DNA from: Phycisphaerae bacterium
Lineage (GTDB): Bacteria > Planctomycetota > Phycisphaerae > SM23-33
Length of the DNA stretch: 48,126 nt
Assembly (NCBI GenBank): GCA_046539045.1
Contig: JBKHHU010000003.1
Location: 1-48,126, forward strand
Reading direction: 5' to 3'
Below, one piece after another: positions 10,484-20,306 of this stretch. The notes under the pieces are model-generated. The model ran no database searches, was not told where the DNA came from, and saw only the letters and a list, made by a program, of their open reading frames with translations. Position numbers and translations under genes: made by a program. How positions within the stretch are numbered: the first letter of the stretch is position 1; each line of letters opens with the position of its first letter.

Positions 10484-11371
10484 ATGCCTGATCTCAACCT
10501 TCACGGTGCCATGGTCGCGATCGTTACTCCGTTCAATGAGAGCGGAATCGACTGGGACGCCTTTGCCCATCTGATCGACTTCCAGTTGGAGAACGGCAAT
10601 CAGGGGCTGATCCCCTGCGGGACCACCGGCGAGAGCCCGACGCTCAATTACGAAGAACATGACAAGGTGATCGAATTCACCGTCAAGCGTGCCGAGGGCA
10701 AGGTGCCGGTCATCGCCGGGACCGGAAGCAATTCCACCAGCGAGGCCGTCAGCACCACCCAGCACGCCAAAGATGCCGGTGCCGATGCGTGCCTCGTGGT
10801 CAATGCCTACTACAACAAGCCCACCCAGCACGGTATGGTCGAGCACATCGGCAAGGTCAATGAAATCGGCCTGCCGATCGTCCTGTACAACATTCCCGGC
10901 AGGACCGGCATCGAACTGAGCGTCGAGACCATCGTCAGAATGTACAACGAGTTCGACCAGGTCATCGCCGTCAAGCACGCGACCGGAAACGTAGAGGGTG
11001 CTTCGGCATTGGCAGCAGAGTGCGATATTACCATTCTTTCCGGTGACGACGCGCTGACGCTGCCTATGGGTGCCGTCGGCGGCAAAGGCGTTATCAGCGT
11101 GCTGGCCAACATACTTCCCGCTGAGGTCCGGAAACTGACCGACCTGATCGAAGCAGGCGATCTGGACGCTGCCCGCATCCAGCACCTGAAGCTCTTCCCG
11201 CTGTTCAAGGGCATGTTCGTGGAGACCAACCCGATTCCGATCAAAGCCGCCCTGGCCATGGCTGGGATGATCGAGAACCGGTTGCGCCTGCCCATGACCC
11301 CGCTGAGCGAACAGTACGTCGGAAAGCTCCGCGAACAGCTCTCCAGCTTCGGTGTGGAGATGAAGGCGTAA
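10484..11371 (+). CDS. dapA: 4-hydroxy-tetrahydrodipicolinate synthase
   Basis: AIVTPF, CGTTGESPTL, YYNKPTQ, LYNIPGRTG, catalytic K in AVKHATG, SGDD and ETNPIPIK. Confidence 0.96.
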   Translation: MPDLNLHGAMVAIVTPFNESGIDWDAFAHLIDFQLENGNQGLIPCGTTGESPTLNYEEHDKVIEFTVKRAEGKVPVIAGTGSNSTSEAVSTTQHAKDAGADACLVVNAYYNKPTQHGMVEHIGKVNEIGLPIVLYNIPGRTGIELSVETIVRMYNEFDQVIAVKHATGNVEGASALAAECDITILSGDDALTLPMGAVGGKGVISVLANILPAEVRKLTDLIEAGDLDAARIQHLKLFPLFKGMFVETNPIPIKAALAMAGMIENRLRLPMTPLSEQYVGKLREQLSSFGVEMKA

Positions 11372-11461
11372 CAGCCGCGAGCAACGGCTTGCCGTGGCGC
11401 GATCCGCCCGAGGAGGCGGCAGACCGCGACGGTGGAATGCCCGGAAAGAGAATACATCATC

Positions 11462-11492
11462 GATGGCGGGTCGCCCGGCCCGCCATCTTTTT
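11462..11492 (+). terminator. Intrinsic terminator downstream of dapA
   Basis: 9-bp stem gatggcggg/cccgccatc followed by TTTTT. Confidence 0.7.
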
Positions 11493-11578
11493 GCCCCGGC
11501 AAACCAGCCGCGAGGCAACATCCGGCAGACAGCTGCCGCGCGTGTCAATTTCGGGCGGCTAAGCGGCCTGCCCGGGCA

Positions 11579-12253
11579 TTATTCGTCGACCGGCTCCACC
11601 GCCTTGGGATCCTCAAATTGGGGGGAGTTCATCTGCTTCGTGACCGGATAGGCCTCGAACTCATCCGCTTCCCATTGCTCGACCAGATCGGCCGCTGCAG
11701 CGGCATCCTGCAGCGACACGTCCAGCCATTTCTCCCACTTATCCTTCGGCAGCACGACCGGCATGCGATTGTGCACGGGTTTGACGAGTTCATTGGGTTC
11801 CTGGGTGAGAATGGTGCAACTGCGAACGGTCTGATCGGCCTTTTTCCAGGTTTCCCACAGACCCGCCAGCGCGAAAGGCCGGCGGTCTTTTCGACGGAAC
11901 AGCAGCGGCTGTTTCCCGTCGGCGGACTTCTTCCACTCGAAGAATCCATCGGCGGCGATGAGACAGCGACGATATTTCATCGCTGCTTTGAATGCGTTCT
12001 TCTGAGCGGCCCCTTCGATGCGGGCATTGATCAGCCGGTTGCCGATGGCCGGGTCGTCGGCCCAGAAGGGAATGAGCCCCCAGTGGAACAGCCGCAACTG
12101 CCGCTTGCGATCCGTATTCTCGATAACGGCGGGGACGTTCTGCGTAGGCGCGATGTTGTAACGCGGAGGGATGTCCTGTTCGGTGGCCTGGTCGACATCG
12201 AACAGCTTCTCGACCTGCTCGATCGGCACGGTAAGCGTATATCTGCCGCACAT
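11579..12253 (-). CDS. SOS response-associated peptidase (SRAP/YedK/HMCES family abasic-site protector)
   Basis: True start MCGRY (catalytic Cys2), then RYNIAPTQ, WGLIPFWA, INAR, RCLIAADGFFEW and HNRMPVVL. Confidence 0.93.
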   Translation of the reverse strand: MCGRYTLTVPIEQVEKLFDVDQATEQDIPPRYNIAPTQNVPAVIENTDRKRQLRLFHWGLIPFWADDPAIGNRLINARIEGAAQKNAFKAAMKYRRCLIAADGFFEWKKSADGKQPLLFRRKDRRPFALAGLWETWKKADQTVRSCTILTQEPNELVKPVHNRMPVVLPKDKWEKWLDVSLQDAAAAADLVEQWEADEFEAYPVTKQMNSPQFEDPKAVEPVDE

Positions 12254-12435
12254 GGTCTTCTCCTTTCGGAGAATTCTAGAGTGAGTGACAGAAGTAATTT
12301 CGTGGTTCAGCGTCGGCGAAAGCGTTCCTGACAAGGACGGCGATGCAGGCAATGCCGTAGCATTGCCGAAGCAGCCGGACGCAGGCAGGGGCGTTTGCAG
12401 CCGGCTGAACCGGAAAAGAGGCTTGTCACTCGCTC

Positions 12436-12467
12436 TAGCGCCGCCGGTACTTCGCCGGACGGCGCTA
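12436..12467 (-). terminator. Hairpin overlapping the last stop codon of the large minus-strand operon
   Basis: tagcgccg/cggcgcta stem plus inner ccgg/ccgg. There is no clear U-tract. A second hairpin, ggcaatgc/gcattgcc, lies at 12348-12367. Confidence 0.4.
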
Positions 12468-14024
12468 CTTGCGGTAGGCCAGCGCCGCAGTCGGGCACGC
12501 CTCCACGCACTCGTCGGCCACGCCGGCCAGGGCCTTGCCCAATTCCCGATCGAACGGAACCGCGACCTGCACCTGGAACCCCCTGCCGACAAACGTCAAG
12601 CCGAGATCCTGCTTGTGCTCCTCGGTGATCCGGACGCACAGGCCGCAGGCGATGCATTTGCCGGACTCGTAGACCACGTCGGCCGGGGTGTACTGCCGCT
12701 CGAAGAGCCGACGCCCGCCGCGATAACGCGACGGTTTGGCATCGTATTCATCCGAGTAGTCACGCAGCTTGCAGTTGTCGGGCTTGAGACATTCGCAGTG
12801 CAGACACCGCGCGGATTCGATCTTGGCGGCCTTGTCGGAAAGGCCCCGATCGTCTTCCGGTTGCTGGCGGGAACTCGGGTTCACACCTTCCATGAACCGG
12901 GCCATTTCGTCGTCCTGCAGTTTGCCGATGTGCGTAGACATCTTCTTGGGGATGCCGGTCGGTTCGCTTCCACCGAGGTACTGATCGATCGCGGCGGCGA
13001 TTTCCTTGCCCTGCTGCATGGCACGGACGGACATCTTGCCGCACGGACGGATAGCTTCGCCACCGGCGAAGATATCGTCCTTGCTCGTGCGATAGCTGCC
13101 CTGCTCGATATGGACCCCGAATCGGGAGGTCGCCAGCCCGAAGGCATTTGCCTGCTCGGCGGAGGTCTTTCCGGCAGCGTAAACCACCGCATCGTACTCG
13201 GATTCCAACTCCGCCAGGGAGACGTCTTCACCGACGGTCACGCCCGTGCGGAACTCGGCCCCCATGTTCTCGATGGCCTTGATCTCGGCGTCCAGCACCT
13301 CTCGGGGGAGGGCGTCGGCGTCAACGCTGTATCGGAGTTCGCCACCAAGCTGGCTGCGGGCTTCGAAGACGACCGGCGCGTGTCCGCGGATGAGCAGATA
13401 GTACGCAGCCGAGAGCCCGCACGGTCCGGCACCGACGACGGCGACTCTCTTTCCGCTGGAGGAAGCTCGCTTGGGCGTATAGGGAAGAGACTCGGCCATG
13501 TCCGCGTCGGCAACGTAGCGTTTGAGGAGCATGATCGAGACGGCCTGGTCCCGCTGGTTGCGGCGGCAGGCTTTCTCGCATGGAGCCGGACAGACCCTGC
13601 CCAGCACTCCGGGCAACGGGATATCGGCCTTGACGGTCCGGATGGCGTCATCTAGCTTACCTTCGGCGATCTGCCGGATCATCAGCGGGATGTTCATGTC
13701 GGCCGGGCAACCGGTGTGACAGGGCGCGACGCAGTCGCCGGCGTGATCGCTGAGCAGCAGTTCCAACGCTACCCGCCGGGCTTCGCGAACCTCGTCACTC
13801 TCGGTGTAGATCCGCATTCCCTCCACGGCCTGGGTAGCACAGGAAGGCGCCAGGTTGTCTCTGCCCGCTACCTTGACCACGCAGACGAAACAGGACGTCT
13901 GCGGCTCGAGGCCTTTGCGATAGCACATGGTGGGGATGTCGATCCCCTGCCGGCGGGCGGCCTGCAGAATCGTTGTCCCATCGGGGACGGTTACTTCTTT
14001 GTCGTTGATCCAGATCGTCGGCAT
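12465..14024 (-). CDS. Flavo-iron-sulfur oxidoreductase: HydA/NuoG-type N-terminal FeS domain, GltD/NfnB-like FAD module and C-terminal ferredoxin (StnC-like, shortened)
   Basis: IPTMC..SCFVCVV..PSC (2Fe-2S), LLLSDHAGDC, APCHTGCP..GRVCPAPCEKAC, VVGAGPCG, IFAGGE, RCLHCEC and KCIACGLC..CPTAAL. Start taken at MPTIWIND (ATG 14024). Confidence 0.85.
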   Translation of the reverse strand: MPTIWINDKEVTVPDGTTILQAARRQGIDIPTMCYRKGLEPQTSCFVCVVKVAGRDNLAPSCATQAVEGMRIYTESDEVREARRVALELLLSDHAGDCVAPCHTGCPADMNIPLMIRQIAEGKLDDAIRTVKADIPLPGVLGRVCPAPCEKACRRNQRDQAVSIMLLKRYVADADMAESLPYTPKRASSSGKRVAVVGAGPCGLSAAYYLLIRGHAPVVFEARSQLGGELRYSVDADALPREVLDAEIKAIENMGAEFRTGVTVGEDVSLAELESEYDAVVYAAGKTSAEQANAFGLATSRFGVHIEQGSYRTSKDDIFAGGEAIRPCGKMSVRAMQQGKEIAAAIDQYLGGSEPTGIPKKMSTHIGKLQDDEMARFMEGVNPSSRQQPEDDRGLSDKAAKIESARCLHCECLKPDNCKLRDYSDEYDAKPSRYRGGRRLFERQYTPADVVYESGKCIACGLCVRITEEHKQDLGLTFVGRGFQVQVAVPFDRELGKALAGVADECVEACPTAALAYRK

Positions 14025-14038
14025 GTTTGATTGTTCGC

Positions 14039-16429
14039 TTACTTGCTTTTGGCGGGCTTGGACTTTTCGGCCTTGGTCGGCAGCCCGGAACGGATTTCGA
14101 TCGCATTGACAGGGCAGATAGTCTTGCACCCGCCACAGCGGACGCACGCTTCATCGTCGATCTCGTGGACTTCCAGCACCCTCGGCTCGATCGCGTCGGC
14201 AGGACAGACCTGGGCACACTTCGTGCAGCCGATACATTCGTCGGTGACGACGAAGTGGATCATGTCCTTGCACTTGCCGGTCGGGCATCGGCCGGCGATG
14301 TGGGCTTCGTACTCGGAGCGGTAATATCGCAACGTGGAGAGCACCGGGTTGGGCGCACTCTTTCCGAGTCCGCAGAGGCTGTTGTTCTGGACCATCCTGC
14401 CGAGATGCTGCAGTTCCTCGATGTCGCCCTTCTTGCCCTCGCCGCGGCAGAGACGCTCAAGGATGTCCAGCATTCGCCGGGTTCCGATACGGCAGAAGGT
14501 GCACTTGCCGCAGGACTGGTCCTGCGTGAACTCCAGAAAATACCGTGCGATTTCCACCATGCAGTCGTCCTCGTCCAGCACGACCAGCCCACCGGAACCC
14601 ATCATCGCCCCGACGTCTTTGAGCGCTTCGAAGTCAATGGGCGTGTCTCCCAGCGTAGCCGGGACGCACCCACCGGACGGCCCGCCAATCTGCACGGCCT
14701 TGAACTTCTTACCGTCAGGGATGCCGCCGCCGACTTCGAAGGTCACTTCGTTGATGGTGGTGCCCATGGGCACTTCGATCAGTCCGCCGCGTTCGACCTT
14801 CCCCGCCAGCGCGAAGACCTTCGTGCCCTTGCTCCGTTTGGTGCCGACCGCAGCGAACTTCTCCGGACTGTTGCGGAAGATCCACGAGACCATCGAGAGC
14901 GTCTCGGCATTGTTGACCAGCGTCGGCTTGCCCCACAGGCCGACCTCCGCCGGATACGGCGGACGCAGACGAGGCATCCCGCGGTTGCCCTCGATCGACG
15001 CGATCAGCGCGGTTTCTTCGCCGCAGACAAACGCGCCGGCACCTTCCATCACGCGGACGTTCAGGTTGAAACCGGTGCCGAAGAGGTCCTCGCCCAGGTA
15101 CCCGCGGTCTTTGCATTTCTCGATCGCGTCATTCATGCGGTCCACGGCGATCGGGTATTCGGCGCGGATGTAGAAGACCACTTCGTCTGCGCCGACGGCA
15201 TAGGCGGCGATGGCAGCACCTTCGATAATCCGGTACGGCTGGGACTCCAGCAGCATGCGGTCCATGAACGCGCCGGGATCGCCTTCATCGCCGTTGACGA
15301 CGACATACTTCTTCTTGCTGTCCTGGCCGGCCACGGTGGCCCACTTGACCGCAGTGGGAAAACCTGCTCCACCACGACCCCGCAGACCGGCCTTCTCCAC
15401 CATCTGGATTACCTCAGCGGGCACGTAATGGCGGAGGCACTGTTCGAAGGCAACGAACCCGTCGTACTTGAGATATTCATCGAGGTCATGCGGAATGGCC
15501 TGGCCGCAGTACTCGGTGGCAATGCGGACCTGCCTGCCGGTATAGTCGGCCACCGGACCGGTATGCACGTTCACTGCATATCGGCTCGCCGACCGCCAGC
15601 CTCGCTCGTCCAGCAACTGATCCAACGCCTTGTCGCACGCGCAGCGGACTTTCCCACCGACCTTGTCCGGCGAGAAATGGCTCATCACGATCGCCTTGGC
15701 ATCGCCGGGACGAACATTGGCGTACAGCGCGGGAGCCTTGCCCGGTTCGACTACCTCGACAAGCGGTTCCATGGCGCTGAAACCGGCACAGCCGACCTGC
15801 TTGACGACGGCTCGGACCTCTGTTTCGCGGATCGCGTCCAGCAATGCGTCGCGAACGCCCTCGCTGCCGTTTGCGACACAGCAGGTGTCCAGGCTGATGC
15901 GAATTTCACCCTTGGCCCCCTCGGGGACCAGGTCTTCACTTGCATCGCCCTTGGACTCGATGTACTCGATGAATTCATCCAGCACACGTCCCACTTCATC
16001 CGTGCCGACGTGCCCGAACGTGACATCGTCGATCTGAACCGCCGGTGCCAGCGTGCAACAGCCCAGACAGGCGACCTTCTCGACAGTGAACTTGCCTTCA
16101 GGGTCGGTATCCTCGCCCTCCGGCACGTCGAGATACTCGCAGAATGCATCGAAGACCGCGTCGGCATTCTTCACGAAACACGCGGTGCCGATGCAGACCT
16201 TGACCATATGTTCGCCGGCGGGCTTGTGTCGGAACTGCGTATAGAAGCTCGAGACACCGGTGATCTGTGCGGGACTGATTTCGGTCACCTCGCACAGGTG
16301 CTCCAGGGCTTCGGGAGGCAGGTAATGAAACTCCTCCTGCAGCGCCTGCAGCAGCGGGATGACATTCTCCCTACCGCGCCCGATCCGTTCGACGATCGCG
16401 TCAACTTGTGCCAGTTCGGCTGACGTCAT
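14039..16429 (-). CDS. Fused NuoE-NuoF (HydC-HydB-like) NADH/FMN-binding subunit with C-terminal 2x[4Fe-4S]
   Basis: NuoE part: VCIGTAC and ACLGCCTLAP. NuoF part: GLRGRGGAGFPT, NGDEGDPGAFMDR, GAGAFVCGEETAL, GGPSGG, SCGKCTFCRIG, LCGLG. Tail: CIGCTKCAQVCP and CVRCGGCKTICP. Confidence 0.92.
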   Translation of the reverse strand: MTSAELAQVDAIVERIGRGRENVIPLLQALQEEFHYLPPEALEHLCEVTEISPAQITGVSSFYTQFRHKPAGEHMVKVCIGTACFVKNADAVFDAFCEYLDVPEGEDTDPEGKFTVEKVACLGCCTLAPAVQIDDVTFGHVGTDEVGRVLDEFIEYIESKGDASEDLVPEGAKGEIRISLDTCCVANGSEGVRDALLDAIRETEVRAVVKQVGCAGFSAMEPLVEVVEPGKAPALYANVRPGDAKAIVMSHFSPDKVGGKVRCACDKALDQLLDERGWRSASRYAVNVHTGPVADYTGRQVRIATEYCGQAIPHDLDEYLKYDGFVAFEQCLRHYVPAEVIQMVEKAGLRGRGGAGFPTAVKWATVAGQDSKKKYVVVNGDEGDPGAFMDRMLLESQPYRIIEGAAIAAYAVGADEVVFYIRAEYPIAVDRMNDAIEKCKDRGYLGEDLFGTGFNLNVRVMEGAGAFVCGEETALIASIEGNRGMPRLRPPYPAEVGLWGKPTLVNNAETLSMVSWIFRNSPEKFAAVGTKRSKGTKVFALAGKVERGGLIEVPMGTTINEVTFEVGGGIPDGKKFKAVQIGGPSGGCVPATLGDTPIDFEALKDVGAMMGSGGLVVLDEDDCMVEIARYFLEFTQDQSCGKCTFCRIGTRRMLDILERLCRGEGKKGDIEELQHLGRMVQNNSLCGLGKSAPNPVLSTLRYYRSEYEAHIAGRCPTGKCKDMIHFVVTDECIGCTKCAQVCPADAIEPRVLEVHEIDDEACVRCGGCKTICPVNAIEIRSGLPTKAEKSKPAKSK

Positions 16430-18306
16430 TTTTTCTCACCAATGCAATACAGGTGGGTCCCGCCGCGGAGGAACATCTTTCCGGGCGCGAACGCAGGAGA
16501 CGCGTCGATATATTCGTCAAGCTCGTTGGTGCGAATGACTTTGAAGTCTTTGCCGGTTTGGACGACAATCACCTTCTTCCCGGCGAAGGTGACCAGTTTG
16601 TCGCCGACGACCGCCGGCGAGGCATAGGAGGCGCTTCCGGGCATCTCTTTTTCGTACAGCAGCGAACCATCTTTCATGTCGAAGCACAGCAGTGAATCGG
16701 TCGCGAAGACATACACAAACTTGCCGTCGCTGACCGGGCTGAGCGTATCCGGAATGGACGCGTATTCGAAATCGTCGCCCCAGTTGGTCCATTTTGTCTC
16801 GACGGTGTCCTTCTTGTCCACCGGAATCGCGTGGATACCCGAGTCGGCCATCATGGCGATTACATACCCGCCGGCGAAGATCGGTGAGGGTGCCACATCG
16901 CCTTCCAGAATCTCGCACTCCCAGATCATCTTGCCGTTCTCCGGGTCCCAGCCGGAAACCGACGGGGCACCGGAGACGACCACCTGGAACTCCTTGTCCT
17001 TCACCTGGGCGAGAATCGGGCTGGCCCATGTCGCGTCCGGCCGGTCCTTCTTCCAGAGCTGTTTGCCCGTGGCTGAGTCGTAGGCGCTGAGGGTGTATTC
17101 CCCGCCGTCGAACTGGACCAGCACCTTGTCCTTGTGGACCAGCAGGGATGCGCTGATGCCGTACATGTTGCCTTCCGGATCGGCGATCAGCTTGGCCCAG
17201 ACGTTCTTGCCGGTGTTGATATCAAATGCAGCCACTTCCCCGTTGGCAAAGTGGGCGTAGACCCGCTTGCCGTCGACCGCACAGGTCGGGGCAGCGTGCA
17301 TCTGTTTTTCCATCTGCTGGTAGTACGGGTAGTCCTTGGGGGCTTTCGGGTCGGACTTGTACGTACCGGTCCACAGCAGCTTGCCCGTGTCGACACTGAA
17401 ACAGTAGACCTCCCGCTTTTCCTTGCTTCCGCCACTGAGGAAGACCTTGTCGCCCCAGACAACCGGGCTGCTGAGCCCGGCCAGCGGGACTTTGGTCTTC
17501 CAGAGAATGTTCTTGCCGGTCTTCTCGTCGAATTCCAGCGGGATGTCTTTGTGCGGAGAGATCCCCGATCCGCCGAACCCGCGCCAGAACGGCCAGTTCT
17601 TCTGGAAGTCGTCGGGCCACTTCACATCGGCAGCGGCTACGGCAGTCTTCGTGCTCGAATCCGAGGTTTTCGCAACGCCCTCCTGCGTGGAGGTGTTGTC
17701 TTGAGTGGCGGCCACCTTTTGGGTGGTCTGGACGTTCTTGACCTGTTTGATGACCGGGGCTGCCGAGGCCTTGGACTCCAGATCCTCGAGCATCGCCATG
17801 ATCGTCGCGCGGTCCGTGACGTCGCCGGCACCGATAGCGCCGACGGCCCATACGGCCGCGGCGATCCCCAGAACCACAGCCGCGGCTCCCACGCCAAGTC
17901 GCATCCACAAACCGCCGGGCAGTTCCTGCGCGTCCGGACCCGGGCTCTTCCTGCGGGCGTTGAGCGTCACCCAAAGATGCCCCAGAAGCAGCACCAGGGC
18001 CGCTCCCACCACAGCCACAATCGTGCCTCTGCGGCGGAACTCCTGCCGGGCAAAATGTTCCTGTCTGATTCTCTGATCCATCGCCCGGTAAGCTTCCCGG
18101 ACGTCCGCAGTGCCGGTGGCTTCCACCTGAGCCCGCACTTCATCCAGTTGCGGTGCGTCGAGCGGCTCGTCCCCACCAACGTCGGTCAACTGCATGACCA
18201 GAAACCCGACGACGATGACAACGAAAGCAGCGGCCAGCAGCCCCCCTGCTCCGATCGCCAGCGACAGCACCCGCCGTGATTTGGTCTTGGTCTTTTCGTC
18301 ACTCAT
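16426..18306 (-). CDS. Membrane-anchored PQQ-like (BamB-fold) beta-propeller protein with 3 N-terminal TM helices
   Basis: Three hydrophobic segments and a Thr/Ala/Lys-rich linker, then NWPFWRG, repeated D/xGKxxW blades, SSPVV and ASPA motifs. ATGA-type overlap with both neighbours. Confidence 0.85.
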   Translation of the reverse strand: MSDEKTKTKSRRVLSLAIGAGGLLAAAFVVIVVGFLVMQLTDVGGDEPLDAPQLDEVRAQVEATGTADVREAYRAMDQRIRQEHFARQEFRRRGTIVAVVGAALVLLLGHLWVTLNARRKSPGPDAQELPGGLWMRLGVGAAAVVLGIAAAVWAVGAIGAGDVTDRATIMAMLEDLESKASAAPVIKQVKNVQTTQKVAATQDNTSTQEGVAKTSDSSTKTAVAAADVKWPDDFQKNWPFWRGFGGSGISPHKDIPLEFDEKTGKNILWKTKVPLAGLSSPVVWGDKVFLSGGSKEKREVYCFSVDTGKLLWTGTYKSDPKAPKDYPYYQQMEKQMHAAPTCAVDGKRVYAHFANGEVAAFDINTGKNVWAKLIADPEGNMYGISASLLVHKDKVLVQFDGGEYTLSAYDSATGKQLWKKDRPDATWASPILAQVKDKEFQVVVSGAPSVSGWDPENGKMIWECEILEGDVAPSPIFAGGYVIAMMADSGIHAIPVDKKDTVETKWTNWGDDFEYASIPDTLSPVSDGKFVYVFATDSLLCFDMKDGSLLYEKEMPGSASYASPAVVGDKLVTFAGKKVIVVQTGKDFKVIRTNELDEYIDASPAFAPGKMFLRGGTHLYCIGEKK

Positions 18307-19685
18307 GACTTCAAAACTCCGCCAATCTTGTTTCTTCGTTTTTTCTCGACGGGACAGTGCTCAAAGCACCGCCCGCACGCCAGGCACAGCGACCGGTTCG
18401 GCTCGTATCCTTCACGGTACCGACGGATGTACGTGCCGATCAGCTTCCCGACAATCATTAAACCCAGAAGGCCGCCCAGAAGGGCCGTGGCAAAGGAAAT
18501 TGTACTGGTCAGGCTGACGGCATCTTCATAGAGAACCTTCTTGTCTTCACCCTGGGCACGCCAGGCTTCGCTGGGGGTCTGTACGTCGTCGTCTTCCACG
18601 GGCTTATCGACCAGTCCGAGGTTCTCCGACCAGACCTGATCTGCCAGGCGGACACGCGGATGCAGTTGCGATACCGGTTCGCCCGCAAGCCAGCCCAGCG
18701 CCGCGGCGACGGCGATCACCAGCGGCGAAATCACCAGCAGCCCTGCCACCGCTTTTTTGTCCCGGACAAGGCCCTTGTCTTTCTTCCCGCCGGTCGGCGG
18801 GTCAATAGCGTTGAACGGGCAACTGTGTTCGCAGAGACGGCACTGAACACACTCATCCGGGGTGATCTTCGCATGCCAGGCACTGAACCGGGAAGTGACG
18901 CGGAAGATGGCTCCCAGCGGACACAGGAACCGGCAGTACGGGCGGGCAATGAATACGCCCACCAACAGAAACACGATGCCCAGCGCCAGCAACAGCATGT
19001 CGACGCGGCCGGTGAAGCCCTGCTGGCCGCTGACAGCCCCGGTAACGCCGGCCATGTGCAACCATTGCCCGACCGGCAACAGCCGGAAGAATGAAACGAA
19101 CGGGTCGTACCGGCAGATCAGGAAGCCTCCGCCCACGCCGGCAAGAATTACAGCCAGACCGAGGTAGACCCACGCCATCATCGACAGCCCGCCCTCGAGC
19201 CACCGCGGCACACGGATCGGCTTGATGACGAACAGGTCCTGAATCGCGCCCAGCGGGCAGACGGCTGCACAGAATGTCCGTCCGTGGATCAGCGAGAACA
19301 GCACCGGTATGGCGAAAAAGGCAACGATCGCCAGCGGAACATAGTAGCCCGGGTCGCACAGACCTGCAGAGACGTTCTGCACCGCACCGATGGAACAGAC
19401 GCACCCCAGACGGATGAATCCGAACCACAGAAGCGCACCCACCATCAGCACGGCAATCCATATCCGCTTGCGGACAACCAGCACCAACCAGCCCGCGGCC
19501 AGCATGAACAGGACTAGAACGCCCACATCCAGGTATTCCCACAGCGTGTGACGAGCATCCGGAGTTTCCGTCTCCGGGATCTCGTATTCCTCAAACTGCG
19601 GAGTCTGACCCGGGACCTGGGCGACTGCAAATGCAGACGGGAGAAGGACCGCCGCCATCAAACAAAGAACTAATAGGTGACGCAT
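18303..19685 (-). CDS. NapH/MauN/RdxA-like multi-TM 4Fe-4S-binding membrane protein
   Basis: Signal peptide and many TM helices. GRTFCAAVCPLGAIQD, RPYCRFLCPLGA, CVQCRLCEHSCP and CLACGRCFEHCP. Confidence 0.88.
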   Translation of the reverse strand: MRHLLVLCLMAAVLLPSAFAVAQVPGQTPQFEEYEIPETETPDARHTLWEYLDVGVLVLFMLAAGWLVLVVRKRIWIAVLMVGALLWFGFIRLGCVCSIGAVQNVSAGLCDPGYYVPLAIVAFFAIPVLFSLIHGRTFCAAVCPLGAIQDLFVIKPIRVPRWLEGGLSMMAWVYLGLAVILAGVGGGFLICRYDPFVSFFRLLPVGQWLHMAGVTGAVSGQQGFTGRVDMLLLALGIVFLLVGVFIARPYCRFLCPLGAIFRVTSRFSAWHAKITPDECVQCRLCEHSCPFNAIDPPTGGKKDKGLVRDKKAVAGLLVISPLVIAVAAALGWLAGEPVSQLHPRVRLADQVWSENLGLVDKPVEDDDVQTPSEAWRAQGEDKKVLYEDAVSLTSTISFATALLGGLLGLMIVGKLIGTYIRRYREGYEPNRSLCLACGRCFEHCPVEKKRRNKIGGVLKS

Positions 19686-20306
19686 TTACTCTTCCTTCTC
19701 CGGCTCGGACAGCTTCTTCGACGTCTTCTTAAGCAGGTACGGGTTGCTGGCGGGGACACGAACAAACGCGTCTGCCGGGCATGCAACGGCGATCGCGCAC
19801 TCGTTGCAGTTCACGCAACGGTCGTGACGGACCTGCATGAACAGCGAGCCGTTGCCGAAAGCGTTGCAGCCCTTGACACACTTGGCACAACCAATGCAAC
19901 GGTCTTCCAGAATAGTGTACTCGTAGAAGATGTCCTCAGCGATGTTGCGCCGGATCGCATTGGTCGGGCAAAGCTGGTTCTCGGCGGCAGAGTCCGGCAC
20001 CTTCACACCCGGAATGTGATAGCCCAGGCAGATGCCGCAATACCCGCAGATCTCCTGGGAATGCACGCACTTGACCGCAGAGGGATCCAGAACACAATAG
20101 GTCGCGCAGTTGCCGCACTGGGTGCACTTGTACGGGTCGATCTGCCAGACATACTCATCCCTCTGGAGCTTCGAATCGCCGCCAAAGAGCTTATTTCTGG
20201 TCAGGCCCAGTAAGACCCCGCCCAGCCCCGCGGTCAATCCTACCTGCCCCGCCGTTTTCAGAACCTTGCGCCGACTTACCGACTTGTTTTCACCAGAATC
20301 AGCCAT
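19686..20306 (-). CDS. Twin-arginine-anchored multi-[4Fe-4S] ferredoxin
   Basis: SRRKVLK followed by a hydrophobic helix. 17 Cys, including CTQCGNCATYC, CGYCGIC, CIGCAKCVKGC and CVNCNEC..ACP. Confidence 0.85.
   Translation of the reverse strand: MADSGENKSVSRRKVLKTAGQVGLTAGLGGVLLGLTRNKLFGGDSKLQRDEYVWQIDPYKCTQCGNCATYCVLDPSAVKCVHSQEICGYCGICLGYHIPGVKVPDSAAENQLCPTNAIRRNIAEDIFYEYTILEDRCIGCAKCVKGCNAFGNGSLFMQVRHDRCVNCNECAIAVACPADAFVRVPASNPYLLKKTSKKLSEPEKEE

Noticed and set aside
11579-12592. 337-aa extended SRAP ORF, and the upstream extensions given for araD, dnaA and the 12465 ORF
   Set aside because: Family N-termini (MCGRY, MLEQMK, MPTIWIND) and RBS positions indicate later starts.
12465-16429. 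Calling these genes complex I (nuoEFG), [FeFe]-hydrogenase or glutamate synthase
   Set aside because: There are no membrane Nuo subunits, no H-cluster motifs and no gltB. Only the shared modules are present.
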